DNA of 64,000 bases from Okamejei kenojei (GCA_035221665.1 CM069154.1:5084001-5148000), one strand, 5' to 3'; numbered from the stretch's first letter, positions 29,101 through 42,495 are shown. The notes: generated by a model not told the origin, from the letters alone. Program-made: numbers and translations.

Positions 29101-29365
29101 TGTAATTTACTTAACTTTATTTAAGCTTTAAGCCACTTATTTCTTTAATACATTACTCAGAAACGTCTGGCAAACATGGCTGATTCCGCAGGCCTTTCCC
29201 GCCCGAAATACTTTGCACATGCACACACTCCGGGAATGTCCTGCGCATGCGCACACTCTAGAAGAACCCCGCACATGCGCCCACTTCATTCTCCCCTCCT
29301 ATTTATAAGTTGAGACGGTCAGGAGGTTTAATACATCTTGATGACCGTCGCAGAACTGGAGCTTC
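29101..29365 (-). mobile_element. Gypsy-like LTR retrotransposon 3' remnant: pol tail, PPT and short LTR
   Basis: EAPVLRRSSRCIKPPDRLNL* (typical Gypsy pol C-terminus), PPT aggaggggagaa, TG...CA LTR 29288-29101 containing AATAAA. Confidence 0.6.
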
Positions 29366-30066
29366 CTGAGGTGGGTTGTTAAAATAAACATATTATTCCA
29401 ATTCATATCAATTACAACACAACATAACTTAATCTCAAAGAACTGCAGATGCTGCAAATTGCCCTTTAGTCTGTAAGGACTAGATGCGAAAATGGGATAA
29501 CATAAATCTAGTGTGAATGGATGATGGATGGTTGGCATGGACTAGATGGGCCGAAGAGCCTGTTTCCATGTTGCATCTTTCCATTCAATTAATAATGTAT
29601 ATTAACAAGAGGTTTAGAAAGTCTGTCTCAGTGTAATAAACATAAGAGTGAAATATTTAGGTAATAAATTCCACAATCAGAGATTAGTAAGAAGGTAAAA
29701 CTCAGGCGAATATCAGGACACGGTTTGGGGAAAGCTTTGAAGATACGAGGTTGGAGGAGATGAGAAGAATTAGAAGGCAGTGGAGGCCAAGTCAATGGAT
29801 ATTTTTAAGGCAGAGATTGAAAGATTCTTGATTAGTACGTGTGTAAGGGGTTATGGGGAGAAGGCAGGAGAATGGGGTTGAGAGGGAAAGATAGATCGGC
29901 CATGATTGAATGGCGGAGTAGACTTGATGGGCCGAATGTCCTAATTCTGCTCCAACAACTTACGAGAATGGAGAGAGATACGTGGAATATAATATCAGTA
30001 AAGACTGTTTGTATGCTGAATATCTACATAAATGTTGAGTCACAGAAATTTTATGTTGATTGATAC

Positions 30067-30381
30067 CTTTAAACATCACGGTTTTAGCCTGTGAGATCCC
30101 AATGTCGACTGGTGTCCTGGCCCCACACCAATATTCCCCCACATCTCCTTCATCAGTGTTCCTGATCGTGATAGCAAAGTTGTTGAATTTGTTCCCACTG
30201 ATTGATAATTTGCTGCTGTTGTAGTGATGAGGTGTCGCTATGATGCGGCAACTATTCACAGAGACGACTTTACACAAGAATTTCTCATATTCTTCAAATT
30301 GCACCTTGTACCGGCAATGTATAGTGGTGGCATTGCCCATTACGCCCTTGACTGTGGTACGGTTTAGTATCCGTGAATCTG
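30067..30381 (-). CDS. Gene 2 V-set Ig exon D2 (ADSRILNRTTVKGVMGNATTIHCRY...KFLCKVVSVNSC...DVGEYWCG...VMFK)
   Basis: ORF 29960..30517; Cx7C pair retained; NAGNAG acceptor (30381 or 30378), gtatca donor, phase 1 to 1. Confidence 0.85.
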
Positions 30382-31725
30382 CTGTAATGGAAACAAAATG
30401 AGGGTATGAGAGATCAGAGATGCTGACTGTTGACTTTAGTAGGAAGAGCCAAGGATCCACAAACCTTAGTTTAGAGATACAGCCCACCGAGTCTGCACCG
30501 ACCAGCGATCCCCGCACATTAACACTTTCCTACATACACTAGGGATGAGTTATAATTTTACTGAAGCCAATTAACCTACAAACCTTGGAGTGTGGGAGGA
30601 AACCGGAGCACCCGGGAAAAACCCACGAAGGTCACAGGGACAACGTACAAACTCCGTACAGACGGCACCCGTGGTCAGGATTGAACCCGGGTCTCTGGGG
30701 CTGTGAGGCAGCAACTCTTCCGCTGTGCCACGGGGTGGCTCCCTCACTAATGGGATGCTGAAGATGGAGAGTTAACGTGAGGCCATGCGCAAATTGGAGG
30801 AACAGCACTTCATATTTTGCTTGGTTCGCTTACAACCCAGCAGTATGAATGTTGAATTCTCCAACTTTAAGTAACTTCTACTAACACTCCACTCCCCTCC
30901 CCCCTTGCCCCCTTCCACCCTAGTTCCACCAACTATTCCCCAGCTCCATTCTTTCAGTCTGAGGAATTGCCCCGACCCGGAGCGGCTGGGCTTGTACACT
31001 CTGAAGTTTAGAAGGATGAGAGGGAATCTTATTGAAACATATAAGATTATTAAGGGTTTGGACACGCTAGAGGCAGGAAACATGTTCCTGACGTTGGGGG
31101 AATCCAGAACCAGGGGTCACAGTTTAAGAATAAGGGGTAAGCCATTTAGAACGGAGATGAGGAAACACTTTTTCACACAGAGAGTTGTGAGTCTGTGGTA
31201 TTTTCTGCCTCAGAGGGCGGTGGAGGCCGGTTCTCTGGATACTTTCAAGAAACAGCTAGGTAGGGCTCTTAAAGATAGCGGAGTCAGGGGATATGGGGAG
31301 AAGGCAGGAATGGGGTACTGATTGGGGATGATCAGCCATGATCACATTGAATGGCGGTGCTGGCTTGAAGGGCCAAATGGCCTACCCCTGCACCTATTGT
31401 CTATCGTCTATTGACCCAAAATGTCACGTATTCAATTTCTCCCGGGAAGCTGCCTGTCCCGCTGAGTTACTCCAGCATTTTGTGTCTATCTTCGGTGCAC
31501 ACCAGCATCCTTCCAACACACCTTTGTAAGTTAAACGCGCTTAACAATCGGTAGACACAAGGAGCTGCAGATGCTGGAATCTTGCGTAGAAAGTGCTGGA
31601 GTAACTCAGCAGGTCGGGCAGCACCTCTCCATAACAATCAGTATGCTCATTATGGCACAGCAGTCCAAGTGTATATTATCAGTGAAGCATATTATCAGTC
31701 TTAAAATCTTCGGAAAACCTCTTAC

Positions 31726-32037
31726 CTGTGAATACATCCAGCATGACAATATCTGAAACATGGATTCCATTTGTCTGAATTGTTCCACACCAGTATGTTC
31801 CTGCATCATTCTTGTGAAGTTGACTTGTTACAAAAACAGACCCATTGAGTCTTCTCATTGATATCCTTCCACTACGGTTCTCGTCTTGCTGAGTGTTGAC
31901 TATTATTTGACACTCATTTCCAGAATAGGCTTTGCACCAGCTGACAGGTCCTGTTTTCTGAGCGTTTGGACATTCTATAGTCACTGTTTCTCCCTCGCCA
32001 GCTCTTATCGCCATCAGGTGAAGCTGTGCTAGGGAAC
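31726..32037 (-). CDS. CD300/pIgR-like gene 2, V-set Ig exon D1 (GSLAQLHLMAIRAGEGETVTIEC...WCKAYSGNEC...DAGTYWCG...DVFT)
   Basis: ORF 31679..32014; canonical Cys pair plus the family Cx7C pair; caacag acceptor, gtaaga donor, phase 1 to 1. Confidence 0.85.
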
Positions 32038-33624
32038 CTGTTGGGTGAAATTTAATGCTGGAAATTTTACAGAATCACATCAAAATATTCCCATAACCCC
32101 CCCCCCCCCCCCCCCTCTCCCCGCCGGACATAATCTCATGTTCATAAGTTATAGGAGAACATTTAGGCCATTCGGTTCATCGTCTGTCCCGCCATTCAAT
32201 CATGGCTGATCTATTTCTCCCTCTCAACCCAATTCTCCTGCCTTCTCCCCATAACCCCTGACCCCTTTACGAACCAAGAATCTGAGAATCTCCGCCTTAA
32301 AAATACCCAATGACTTGGCCTCCACAGCCATCTGTGGCAATGAATTCCACAGATTCACCACCCTCTGACTAAAGAAATTCATCCACAACACCTTTGTTCA
32401 GGTATGTCCTTTGTAACAGGTACAGGTACAGGACAGTAGCGCAGGGGTAGAGATGCTGCCTTACAGCGCCAGAGACCCGCGTACGTGTGCAGTCTGTACG
32501 GAATTTGTACGTTCTCCCTCTGACCTGCATAGGTTTTCTCCGGGTGCTCCGGTTTCCTCCCATACTCCAAAGACGTGCAGGTTTGTAGGTTAATTGGCTT
32601 TGGTAAAAATCGTTCCTAGTGTATAGGATGGAACTAATGTGTGGGGTCAGCTTCGACTCGGTGGGTCGAAGCGCCTGTTTCCACGCTGTATCTCCAAACT
32701 AAACTAAACGTCCTGTTATTTTGAGGCTGTGCACTCTGGTCCTAGACTCTCCCACCAGTGGAAACATCCTCTCCACATCCACTCTATCTCCAGGCCGTTC
32801 ACTATTCGTTAAGTTTCAATGTTCCCCTCATCCTAAAATGGGAAGTGGGAGGAAACTGGAGCATCCGGAAGAAACCCATATGTGACGGGGAGAAACTCCA
32901 CAAAGACAGCATCCGAGGAAGGATCGTACCGTAAAAATCTTCTGTGCTGCATCTTCACTAAATGCATAGAACAGTACAGCACAAGAACAGGCCATTTGGC
33001 CCACAATCGCCATGCTGAACATGATGCTACGACCAACCCCTATCTGCCTGCTCATCATCCATATCTTCCCATTCCCTGCATATCCATCTGCCCCTGCCAA
33101 CGACTCTTAAAAACTGATTGACGTAGTGGGGCATTCTCCCCACCCCCCTCCCCCCACCGCAGTCAGTCTGAAGAAGGGTCCCAGCCCAAAATATCACCTA
33201 TCCATGTTCTCTAGAGATGCTGCCTGACCCGCTGAGTTACTCCAGCACTTTGTATCTTTTTTCTCTTACATGCATGTGCCAGTCCGAAAGTCTCTTAAAT
33301 CCTCTGTTAAATCCCAGCCTCTTGTCACAGATCGTTTCAACTCTTGCTAAAATGTAAAGTTAATTGGTTCCTTTCTAAGCTCCTGGTCCTTTGGCTGAAC
33401 AGCAGTGTATCATCACTTATTTAAATAACAAGAGCTAATCTTCACGTTAACATATAACTGCGCTATGGTTCCATGACGTTTGATGGGGCAGAATTAGGCC
33501 ATTCGGGCCATCATGTCTACTCTGCCATTCAATCATGGCTGATCTATCTCTCCCTCCTAATCCCATTCTCCTGCCTTCTCCCAATAACTGCTGGAACCCG
33601 TATTAATCCGGAATCTGTCCATTT

Positions 33625-33651
33625 CAGAAACAGCAGAAAGTAAAACATCAT
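33625..33651 (-). pseudogene. Probable gene 2 leader start (MMFYFLLFL) truncated by a CR1/SINE 3'-end insertion
   Basis: gaaccATG context and a hydrophobic start that runs directly into repeat 33481-33625; no phase-1 donor found. Confidence 0.35.
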
Positions 33652-35871
33652 GGTTCCAGAGAGAGGAGGTCCTTGTTTGCCAATGAAGCGGTCTCATTCA
33701 CTTTGGGGGATTAACTGTGGTTGGCAGAGGTTTGGACAGAAGACAAGCTGAACTGAAGCAGGTTTCCAGTGAGGGTATCCACAGCTTGCGTGGTCATATC
33801 CCAATCCTGTATCCTTAAAGATCAGTGTTGGGAGATGCACTTTTAAAATTAATACTTTGTAATCCAATGTAGAATAAGGAACATTGACAAACAACCTGTT
33901 TCACAACTTGCTGAACTTACAGCGCCAGAGACCTGGGTTCAATTGTGACTATGGGTGCTGTCTGTACGGGGTTTGTACGTTCTCCCCATGACCGCGTGAT
34001 TTTCTCCGGGTGTTCCGGTTTTCTCGCACTATCCAAAGACGTGTGGATTTGTAGGTTATCTGGCTTCGCTAAGTTGTAGATTGTCCCTAGTGTGTCGGAT
34101 AGTCCTAGCGTACGGGGTTGTCTCCAGAGATGCTGTCTGTCCCGCTGAGTTACTCCGGCTTTTTGTGTCTACCTTCGGTTTAAACCGGCATCTGCAGTTC
34201 TTTCCTAAACAGTTGAAATTATTCCTTTATGGCTGGGAAGAGTGCTGAGAAGATTTATCAGGATTTTACCAGGACTCGAAGTTCTGAGCTACAAGGAGGA
34301 TGTGTCTCACCCTGGCCACTCCCTCTTCTCCCCTCTCTCATCAGGCAAGAGGTACAGAAGTTTGAAAACGCACACCTGCGGATTCACGGAGTTTCTTCCT
34401 TCCTTCATGTTATCATGAAACGGAACCTTCTTATTACTAACTAGAGAGTGATCCTGACCTACCATCTACCTCATTGGAGACCATTGCACCATCTTTAATT
34501 GGACTTTACTGGACTTTAACTTGCACTAAACTTACAGTATTTCCCTTTATCCTGTATCTGTACACTGTGGGTGGCTTGATTGTAATCACGTATTGTCCTT
34601 TAGCTGACTGGATGGCATGCCAGAAAAAAGTGTTTCATTGTGCCTTGGTCCATGTGATAAACTAAATGATAAACTAAACTAAATTTGGATAATCTAGGAC
34701 TTTATTCCTTGGAGCACAGGAGGCTGAGGGGTGATCTTATAGAGGTGTATACAATCATGAGGAGGAATTTATAGGGTGAGTTCACAGAGTCTTTTACTCA
34801 GAGTAAAAGGGGAATCAAAATCCAGACAAGTTTAAATTGAGGGGGGAGGGATTTAATAGGAACCTAAGGGGCAAGCTTTTCACTCATGTGGATGTGAATG
34901 TGGTGGGTGTATGGAACGAGCTGCCAAAGGAGGTAGCTAAGCGAGCTACAATAACAAGACAATTGGACAGGTACATGGATAGGAATGGTTGCTGTGGTTA
35001 CATGCTGCAAGGTCCTCTTCTATCTCAATGTAGACAGACTTGGAATATCTTAAGGTATCATAATATCTTGGGGTGCAGTGGTAGAGTTGCTGCCTTACAG
35101 CACCAGACACCCGGGTTCGATCCTAACTACGGGTGCTTGTCTATATGGAGTTTGTACGTCCTTCCCGTAACCTGCGTGGGTTTTCTTCAGGATCTCCAGT
35201 TTCCTCCCACACTCCAAAGACGTGCAGGTTTGTAGGCTAACGGACTTGGTGTAATTGCAAATTGTCCCTGATGTGTAGGATGGTGTTAGTGTGCAGGGAT
35301 CGCTGGTCGCCGCAGACCTGGTGGGCTGAAGGGGTTGGTTCAATAGACAATAGACAATAGACAATAGGTACAGGAGTAGGCCATTCGGCCCTTTGAGCCA
35401 GCACCGCCGTTCAATGGCTGATCATCCCCAATCAGTACCCCGTTCCTGCCTTCTCCCCATATCCCCTGACTCCGCCATCGTTAAGATCCCTATCTCGCTC
35501 TCTCTTGAAAGTATCCAGAGAACCGGCCTCCACCGCCACTGTTCCTCTAAACTAAACCAAACTTAGAAATGCCAGTGTCAGCTGAGTGGCCTTTCAGTAA
35601 TAAGGAGAGTACTGTGCCTTGAATTTCAATGGGCAGTTCTGGTTTGGTTTGCAGTTTTGAGCAATTTGTTATTGGTATGAGTAAAAATGGTGGTTGTGCA
35701 ATGAATGCAATCATTTACTGCATGTCAGCGGTGCTGGGAAAGTGTCAAGCATAGTGTGACCAGGAACGTGAGCTCCAATCGCAGAACTTTACATTGCGAA
35801 GATTGTAAGCATGATTGACTCAGGGTAAGAGAGACAAAGGTTATGGGAACCACTCGCGAATGTGAAAACGA

Positions 35872-37338
35872 GGAATTATAGACCAGTTAGTCTTACATTG
35901 GTAGTGGGGTAGATGCTGGAATTGATTATTAAGGATGTTATAGCAGCGCATTTGGAACGCAGTGACAGGATCGGTCAAAGTCAGCATGGATTTATGAAGG
36001 GGAAATCATGCTTGACTAATCTTTTGGAATTTTTTGAGGATGTAACAGGTAGAATGGATAAGGAGGAGCCAGTGGATGATGAGTATCTGGACTTTCAAAA
36101 AAGCCTTTGACAAGGTCCCACACAAGAGATTAGCGTGCAAAATTAGAGCACATAGTATTGGGCGTAGGACATTGACATGGATAGAGAACTGGCTGGCAGA
36201 CAGGAAGCAAAGGGTAGGAATTAACGGGTCTTTTTCAGAATGGCAGGCAGTGACTAGTGGGGTGCCACAAGGCTCGGTGCTGAGACCCCAGTTATTTACA
36301 ATATATATTATCAATTTAGATGAGGGAATTAAATGTAACATTACTAAGTTTGCGGATGACACAAAGCTGGGTGGCAGTGTGAGCTGCAAGGAGGATGCTA
36401 AGAGGCTGCAGGGTGACTTGGATCGGTTTAGTGAGTGGGCAGAGGCATGGCAGATGGAGTATAATGTGGATAAATGTGAGGTTATCCACTTTGGTGGCAA
36501 GAACAGGAAGGCAGATTATTATCTGAATGGTGTCAGATTAGGAGAAGGGGAGGAGCAACAAGACCTGGGTGTGCTTGTACATCAGTCACTGAAAGTAAGC
36601 ATGCAGGTACAGCAGGCAGTGAAGAAAGCCAATCATTGGCCATCATTGCGAGAGGATTTGAGTTTTGGAGCAAGGAAGTTCTACTGCAGTTGTACAGGGC
36701 CCTGGTGAGACCACACCTGGAGTATTGTGTCCAGTTTTGGTCTCCTAATTTGAGGAAGTACATTATTGCTATTGAGTGAGTGCAGTGTATGTTCACCAGG
36801 TTAATTCCCAGGATGACAGGACTGACATATGATGAAAGAATGGTTCAACTGGGCTTGTATTCGCTGGAAGTTAGAAGGATGAGAGGAGATCTTATTAGAA
36901 ACATTAAAAATTCTTAGAGGATTGGACAGGTTAGTGGCAGGAAAAATGTTCTCGATGTTGGGGTGTCCAGAACCAGGGGTTATTAGTTAAAAATAAGGGG
37001 TAGGCCATTTAGGACTGAGATGAGGAAAAATCTTTTCACCCAGAGAGTTATGAATCTGTGGAATTCTCTGCCACCAAAGGCAGTGGAGGCCAATTCACTG
37101 TATGTATTCAAGAGAGAGTTAGATTTAGCTCTTAGAGTTAAGGGAATCAGGCGATATGGGGAAATAGCTGGAACGGGATACTGATATCACTGAACCTTAA
37201 TTGGTGCATGTGACAGTAAATGTGAACTTGAATTTGATTTTGGATGATCAGCCATGATCATATTGAATGGCTCGTGCTGGCTCAAAGGGCCGAATGGCCT
37301 ACTCCTGCACCTATTTTCTATGTTTCGATGTTTCTATG
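35872..37338 (+). mobile_element. CR1 LINE, 5'-truncated (RT domain and 3' UTR)
   Basis: YRPVSL, QHGFMKGKSCLTNL, DFKKAFDKVPH, SGVPQGSVL, FADDTKLGG; tandem tail; frameshifts. Confidence 0.93.
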
Positions 37339-39808
37339 TACTGTTCAGTACAAGTATCACTATACATAAGCACTTAGATATATCTTAGATAAGCATCTCA
37401 GATACAGTACAAGTGTATAGCACTGGTACATTGAGACAGTGTGCAGAGTTAGCTCCCATACCTGCAGGAAAACCACAGTGAGGGCATTTTGTGACAGTGC
37501 TGCACTGATAGTGAAGCATTTAAAAAAAATTTTGAAAACTTGAAAAACTGTTAAATACAACTAAATGTGTCTGTTCTCCTTCTGCTAGACGAACAAGAGC
37601 AATGAGAATTGCCAGCAGAAATGTGTGTGTTGTTTAAATATTTAAAGTTGTTTGGATGGTCAGTAATCAATAATTGCATTCAATCAACCCCCCACCCCTC
37701 CTCACCTGTATCCACCCATCACTCACCACATTTTGTGCCCCCCCACTCCCCACGTCTCTTCCAGTTTAATAATCAGAGGCTTTTTCACGAGGCAGCACGG
37801 TGACGCAGCGGTAGAGTTGCTGCTTGGAGGACATTGCTATTGAAACAACTTCTCTTTCCACATGAGTAGTGAAGCTCGATTGTAGACCGATGGTCCTCTG
37901 ATGCAGCTGACTTTGCTTCAGCTGTTGATTTATCCCATTTCCCATCTAATATGTAATGCTTTAGTTGTGTTTAGTTTAGAAATACAGTGTGGAAACGGGT
38001 CCTTCGGCCCGCTGAGTCCACATCGACCAGCGATCGCCCACACACTAGTTCTATCCTACACACTACGGGCAATTTACAGAAACCAATTAACCTGCACGTC
38101 TTTGGAATGGAGGAGGGGCCAGAGAAAGCCCACGCGATCACAGGGAAAACGTACAAACTCCACACAGACAGCACCCGTGGTCAGGATCGTAGCTGGGTCT
38201 TCCTGCGCCATGAGGCAGCAAATCTACCGCTGTGGCACTTTGCTTTAGACTTTAGAGATAGAGGCCCTTCGGCCCACTGAGGCTTTTAGATAGTATGGTA
38301 TGGTACGTTATTTGTCATGTAACGAGGTACAGTGAAATTCATTTTTGTATACATTTCAGTACAAGTATAAGATAGGCACATGGACATGCAGGGGGTGGAG
38401 GGATAGTGGACTATGTGCAGGCAGATGAGATCAGTTTAACTTTGCCTCATGTTTGGCATGGACAATGTGGGCCGAAGGGCCTGTTCCTGTGCTGTTCTGT
38501 GTTCTACGTCCATCCGCAAAACCACCTTCGACAAAGTCGGTAAGATCTTGGGCTCACCAGGTATTCAGAAGACAAGTGTACTTTATTGTATGCTTACAAC
38601 ATCTCCCATGTCATCTGTAGATGTTTCACTACAAAACATTTGAACATATTTACACAATCTCTCACTTGCGATTCCTGTTCTTCATACACATATTTGCAAG
38701 CCACTGCGCTTCGCGTAAACATTCACAAAATACAGGGAAATTAAAGCAATGGCAATTAAAGCAGTGGAAAGCACGTGGTCCTGTTTCCGCACTGTCTGAC
38801 TCTGTGACTTAGTAACAGAACTGTTTTTCTTGGTAAACTGGATGGTGGAAGGTCAACCAGTGAGTTTTAACAACAAGCCGACAGTTTTGTGTCCAACAGT
38901 ACATTTACATATTTATTTTTAATCACAAATTAATAGCAGTTCAAATTCCACAGCTGTTCTAATTGAGGCAAAAGAAAAATGGTGGAAAATCTCAACATGT
39001 TCGGCGGCATTTGTGGAAAGCGGAACTGAGTGACGAATCCCTGGAATAACCTGCAACTGGGAGGTTATTGAGGCTGGATAATTAGGGGTATTTAAAGAAG
39101 AGTTTGAAGGGGCAGGGAGTCGAGGGCATTGAGGAACTGGCACAGGAGAGGAGATGAGGTTGGAGGCAGATCAGCCATTATTGTGTTGAATGGTGGAATT
39201 GGCTTGAAGGGCTGAATGGCCTATTTCTGCTCTTATTTTCTTACGTTGAATACTAACTCAACAAGAGACATACAGCACGAACCAGGCCATTTGGCCCAAT
39301 TTGTCCTTGCCAACCCATCTATGATAGTCCCACCTTCCCACATTTGGCCCATATCCCTCTAAACCTTTCCTATCCATGTATCTATCCAAATGTCTTTTAA
39401 ATGTTGTTAATATTCCTGCCTCAACTACCTCCTCTAGCAGCTTGTTCCTTACACCCACCACCCTCTGAATGAAAAGGTTGAACCTCGGGTTCCTACTAAA
39501 TCTTTACCCTCTCACCTTAAGGTCATCAAACTATCATGTTATCTCTGTTTCTATCTCCACAGGTGCTGCCTGACCTGCTGAGTGTTTTTTCATTTTTCAT
39601 TTTCGGCACGGATATTGTGGGCCGAAGGGCCTGTTGTACTTATCTATGTTCTATCTTTATCAGATTCCCCAAATCTGCAGTTATCTTGATGACCATGCAC
39701 TGTTCTTGGTGAGATCTGAACGCAAATGTCTGGATTTGTGGGTAAGCAAAGACAATTTTACCAGACTGTCCGTTTCCAATGCATTCTTGGTGTTCTCCGG
39801 TGCTTGAA

Positions 39809-39964
39809 TTAATTATTATCAGTGAGAATTGTTGCGTACACAACTTCTGCGGCACCTTGCCTCTTGGCTTGTCCTTGTGTGTTCAGATCCTGAAGGTTCA
39901 TGTAAGTATTCTCCGTGCTAGCTGGGGAACGCGTTGTCACGGTGGTATAAATGACAGGGGTTGC
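39809..39964 (-). CDS. Gene 1 terminal exon with ITIMs (ATPVIYTTV...ENTYMNL...EVVYATILTDNN*)
   Basis: ORF 39809..40054; phase-0 acceptor ctccaaag. The summed CDS is 906 nt = 301 aa plus stop. Confidence 0.82.
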   Translation of the reverse strand, partial: ATPVIYTTVTTRSPASTENTYMNLQDLNTQGQAKRQGAAEVVYATILTDNN

Positions 39965-40009
39965 CTTTGGAGTCAAGTGAGAAACATAATTACTTAAAGA
40001 TAGTGTCAG

Positions 40010-40285
40010 AAGGTAGACAAAAATGCTGGAGAAACTCAGCGGGTGAGGCAGCATCTATGGAGCGAAGGTTTAGGTGACGTTTCGGGTCGAGACCCTTCAG
40101 ACTGATGTCAGGGGAGTGGGCATTACAGGTACAGAGATAAAATGGATAGAGAGAGGGAGAGCAACGGTTTTGAACATTGACCTCGAAACTTCACCTATTC
40201 CTTCGCTCCATAGATGCTGCCTCACCCGCTGAGATTCTCCAGCATTTTTGTCTACCTTCGATTTTTCCAGCATCTGCAGTTCTTT
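40010..40285. mobile_element. Palindromic Penelope-derived mini-element (two inverted pLTR arms)
   Basis: Inverted arms; 17-bp direct flank cttaaagatagtgtcag (39993-40009, 40286-40302); a second example at 43619-43829 has a 14-bp flank. Confidence 0.75.
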
Positions 40286-41137
40286 CTTAAAGATAGTGTC
40301 AGGAGTGTTTTATTGTCATATGTCCCAGATTTGTGTGTGTGACAGAGAGAGAGACACACACACACACACACACACACACGTAAAAGTGCAAAAAAGATAA
40401 AGCCAATGCCCCCAAGACTAATTAGTTTGGACCATATTTGGGGTTGTTGTGTTTAATAGCCTCATGGCTGTAGGGATGAAGCTGTTCCTGAACCTGGACG
40501 TTCCAGTTTTTGGACTGCCGATGGCAGAGGTGAAAGGAGAGCGCGGCCAGGGTGCTGTGGGTCTCCGATGATGCTGACTGCCTTTTTGAGAACAGCATAC
40601 ACAAAATGCAGGAGTAACATCTCTGGAGAAAAGGAATAGGTGGCATTTTGGGTCGAGACCCTTCGTCAGACCTAAACATAATTACTTAGTTTAGTTTAGA
40701 GATGCTGAATGGAAACAGGCCCCTTGGCCCACCAAGTCCACGCTGACCATCAGTCACCCGTTCACAGTTGTTCCATGTTATCCCTACACACTGGGGGCAA
40801 TTTACAGAAGCCAATTAATCTACAAACCTGCACGTCATTGGAATGTGGGAGCAAACCGGATCACCCGGAGAAAACCCGGGCGGTCACAGGGAGAACGTGC
40901 AAACACTGCACAGACAACATCCGAGGTCAGGATGGAACCCAGATGTCGTGCGTTGAGTTTGTGCCTGGCCTCACCAAGGCAGTGGAGAAAGACAAGGATG
41001 GCACTCGATCATTTAGGTGCCATGTTATAAGCAGTCAAGTGATCGATATGTCATGTGATGTGCGACCGTTCAGGGATGAATCCCAGTAAGGTTGTTTTAT
41101 TTCCCTGCGACCACAACATGCTGTGGCATTGCCTTAC

Positions 41138-41190
41138 CGTGAAACTCTCTGCTGGATTTTCCTGATTCATAATTCTCTGTCCATTTGAGC
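41138..41190 (-). CDS. Gene 1 cytoplasmic exon 1 (GSNGQRIMNQENPAESFT)
   Basis: atatttttcag acceptor, gtaagg donor; phase 1 to 0 exactly bridges the TM and last exons. Confidence 0.75.
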
Positions 41191-41467
41191 CTGAAAAATA
41201 TAATGATAATTAATTCTCATATGGACTTCATTGAAGTCACGCAAAGGATAATGTTAATGCATTTTATCCATTGATGTCATACTTGATGCACTTTCATGAA
41301 AGTTATGGGCCTGTCCCACTTAGGAGACTTTTTAGGCGACTGCAGGAGACTATGCAGTCGCCACATGTTCGCGGGTGATTGCCGGGGAGTCGCCTTCATG
41401 GTCATGAGGAGTTCCCGCATTCTGGGAACTAGTCGCGGCCTCATTATGGTCGCTGTGAATTTTTACT

Positions 41468-42495
41468 TCACGATTTCTAGGGCTGCTTCCTTGAGTACAT
41501 TGGGATGCAGACCATCAGGCTCTGGGGATTTATCTGCCTTCAGTCCCAAAAGTTTACCTAACACCATTTTCTGACTAGTGTGGATTGCCTTCATTTCCTC
41601 CATCCCACTAGATCCTCGGCCCACAGTATTTCCGGGAGATTGTTTGTGTCTTCCTCAGTGAACAGAACCAAAGTACTCGTTTAACTGTTCTGTCATTCCC
41701 TTGTTTCCCATTATAAATCCACCTGTCTCTGACTGTAAGGGACTTACATTCGTCTTCACAAATCTTTTCCTTTTTACATACCTAAAGAAAGTTTTAGAGT
41801 CAGTTTTTATATTCCCCGCAAGCTTTCTTTCATGCTCTTATTCCCCCTTTTAATTAACCCCTTTATCCTCCCCTGTTGAGTTCTAAATTTCTCCCAGTCC
41901 TTTGGTTTGCCACTTCTTTTGGCCAATTTATATGCCTCTTCATTTGGATTTAACACTATCCTTGACTTCCCTCATCAGTCACTTTCGAGCTGCCTTCCCA
42001 GTTTTATTTTTTCACCAGACAGGGATGAACAATTTCTGAAGTTCATCCTTGCGGTCTTTAAATCTTTTCCATTGCATCGCCACTGTCAACCCTTTAAGTA
42101 TAGTTTGCCAGTCTATCCTAGCCAATTCCCGTCTCATACCTTCAAAGTCTCCTTTAATCAAGTTTAGGACCCTAGTCTCTGAATTAGCCGCGTCACCCTC
42201 CATCCTAATGTAGGATTCCTCTATATTATGGTCACTGTTGCCCAAGGGGCTCAGCAAAACAAGATCGCTAAACCTTCCTCATTACACAATACCCAGTCTA
42301 GGATGGCCTGCCCTCTAGTCGGTTCCTCTACATATTGGTTTAAAAACCCATCCCGTATACATTCCAGGAAATCCTGCTTCTCAGTGTTGTTACCAAAAAA
42401 AGTCACCCATGATAACCGCTGTACCTTTGCTACATGCATCCCTAATTTCCTGCATGAAGCTATTCCCAACCTCCCTACTGCTGTTTGGTGGTCTG
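41468..42495 (-). mobile_element. CR1 LINE internal fragment (endonuclease end and linker)
   Basis: ORFs with FLNQYVEEPTRGQAILDWVLCNE and PLGNSDHN. Confidence 0.8.

Noticed and set aside
37575-37625. Leader-like FLLAILIALVRLAEG on the - strand for gene 2
   Set aside because: No in-frame ATG (upstream stop) and no GT donor; at best a degenerate alternative.
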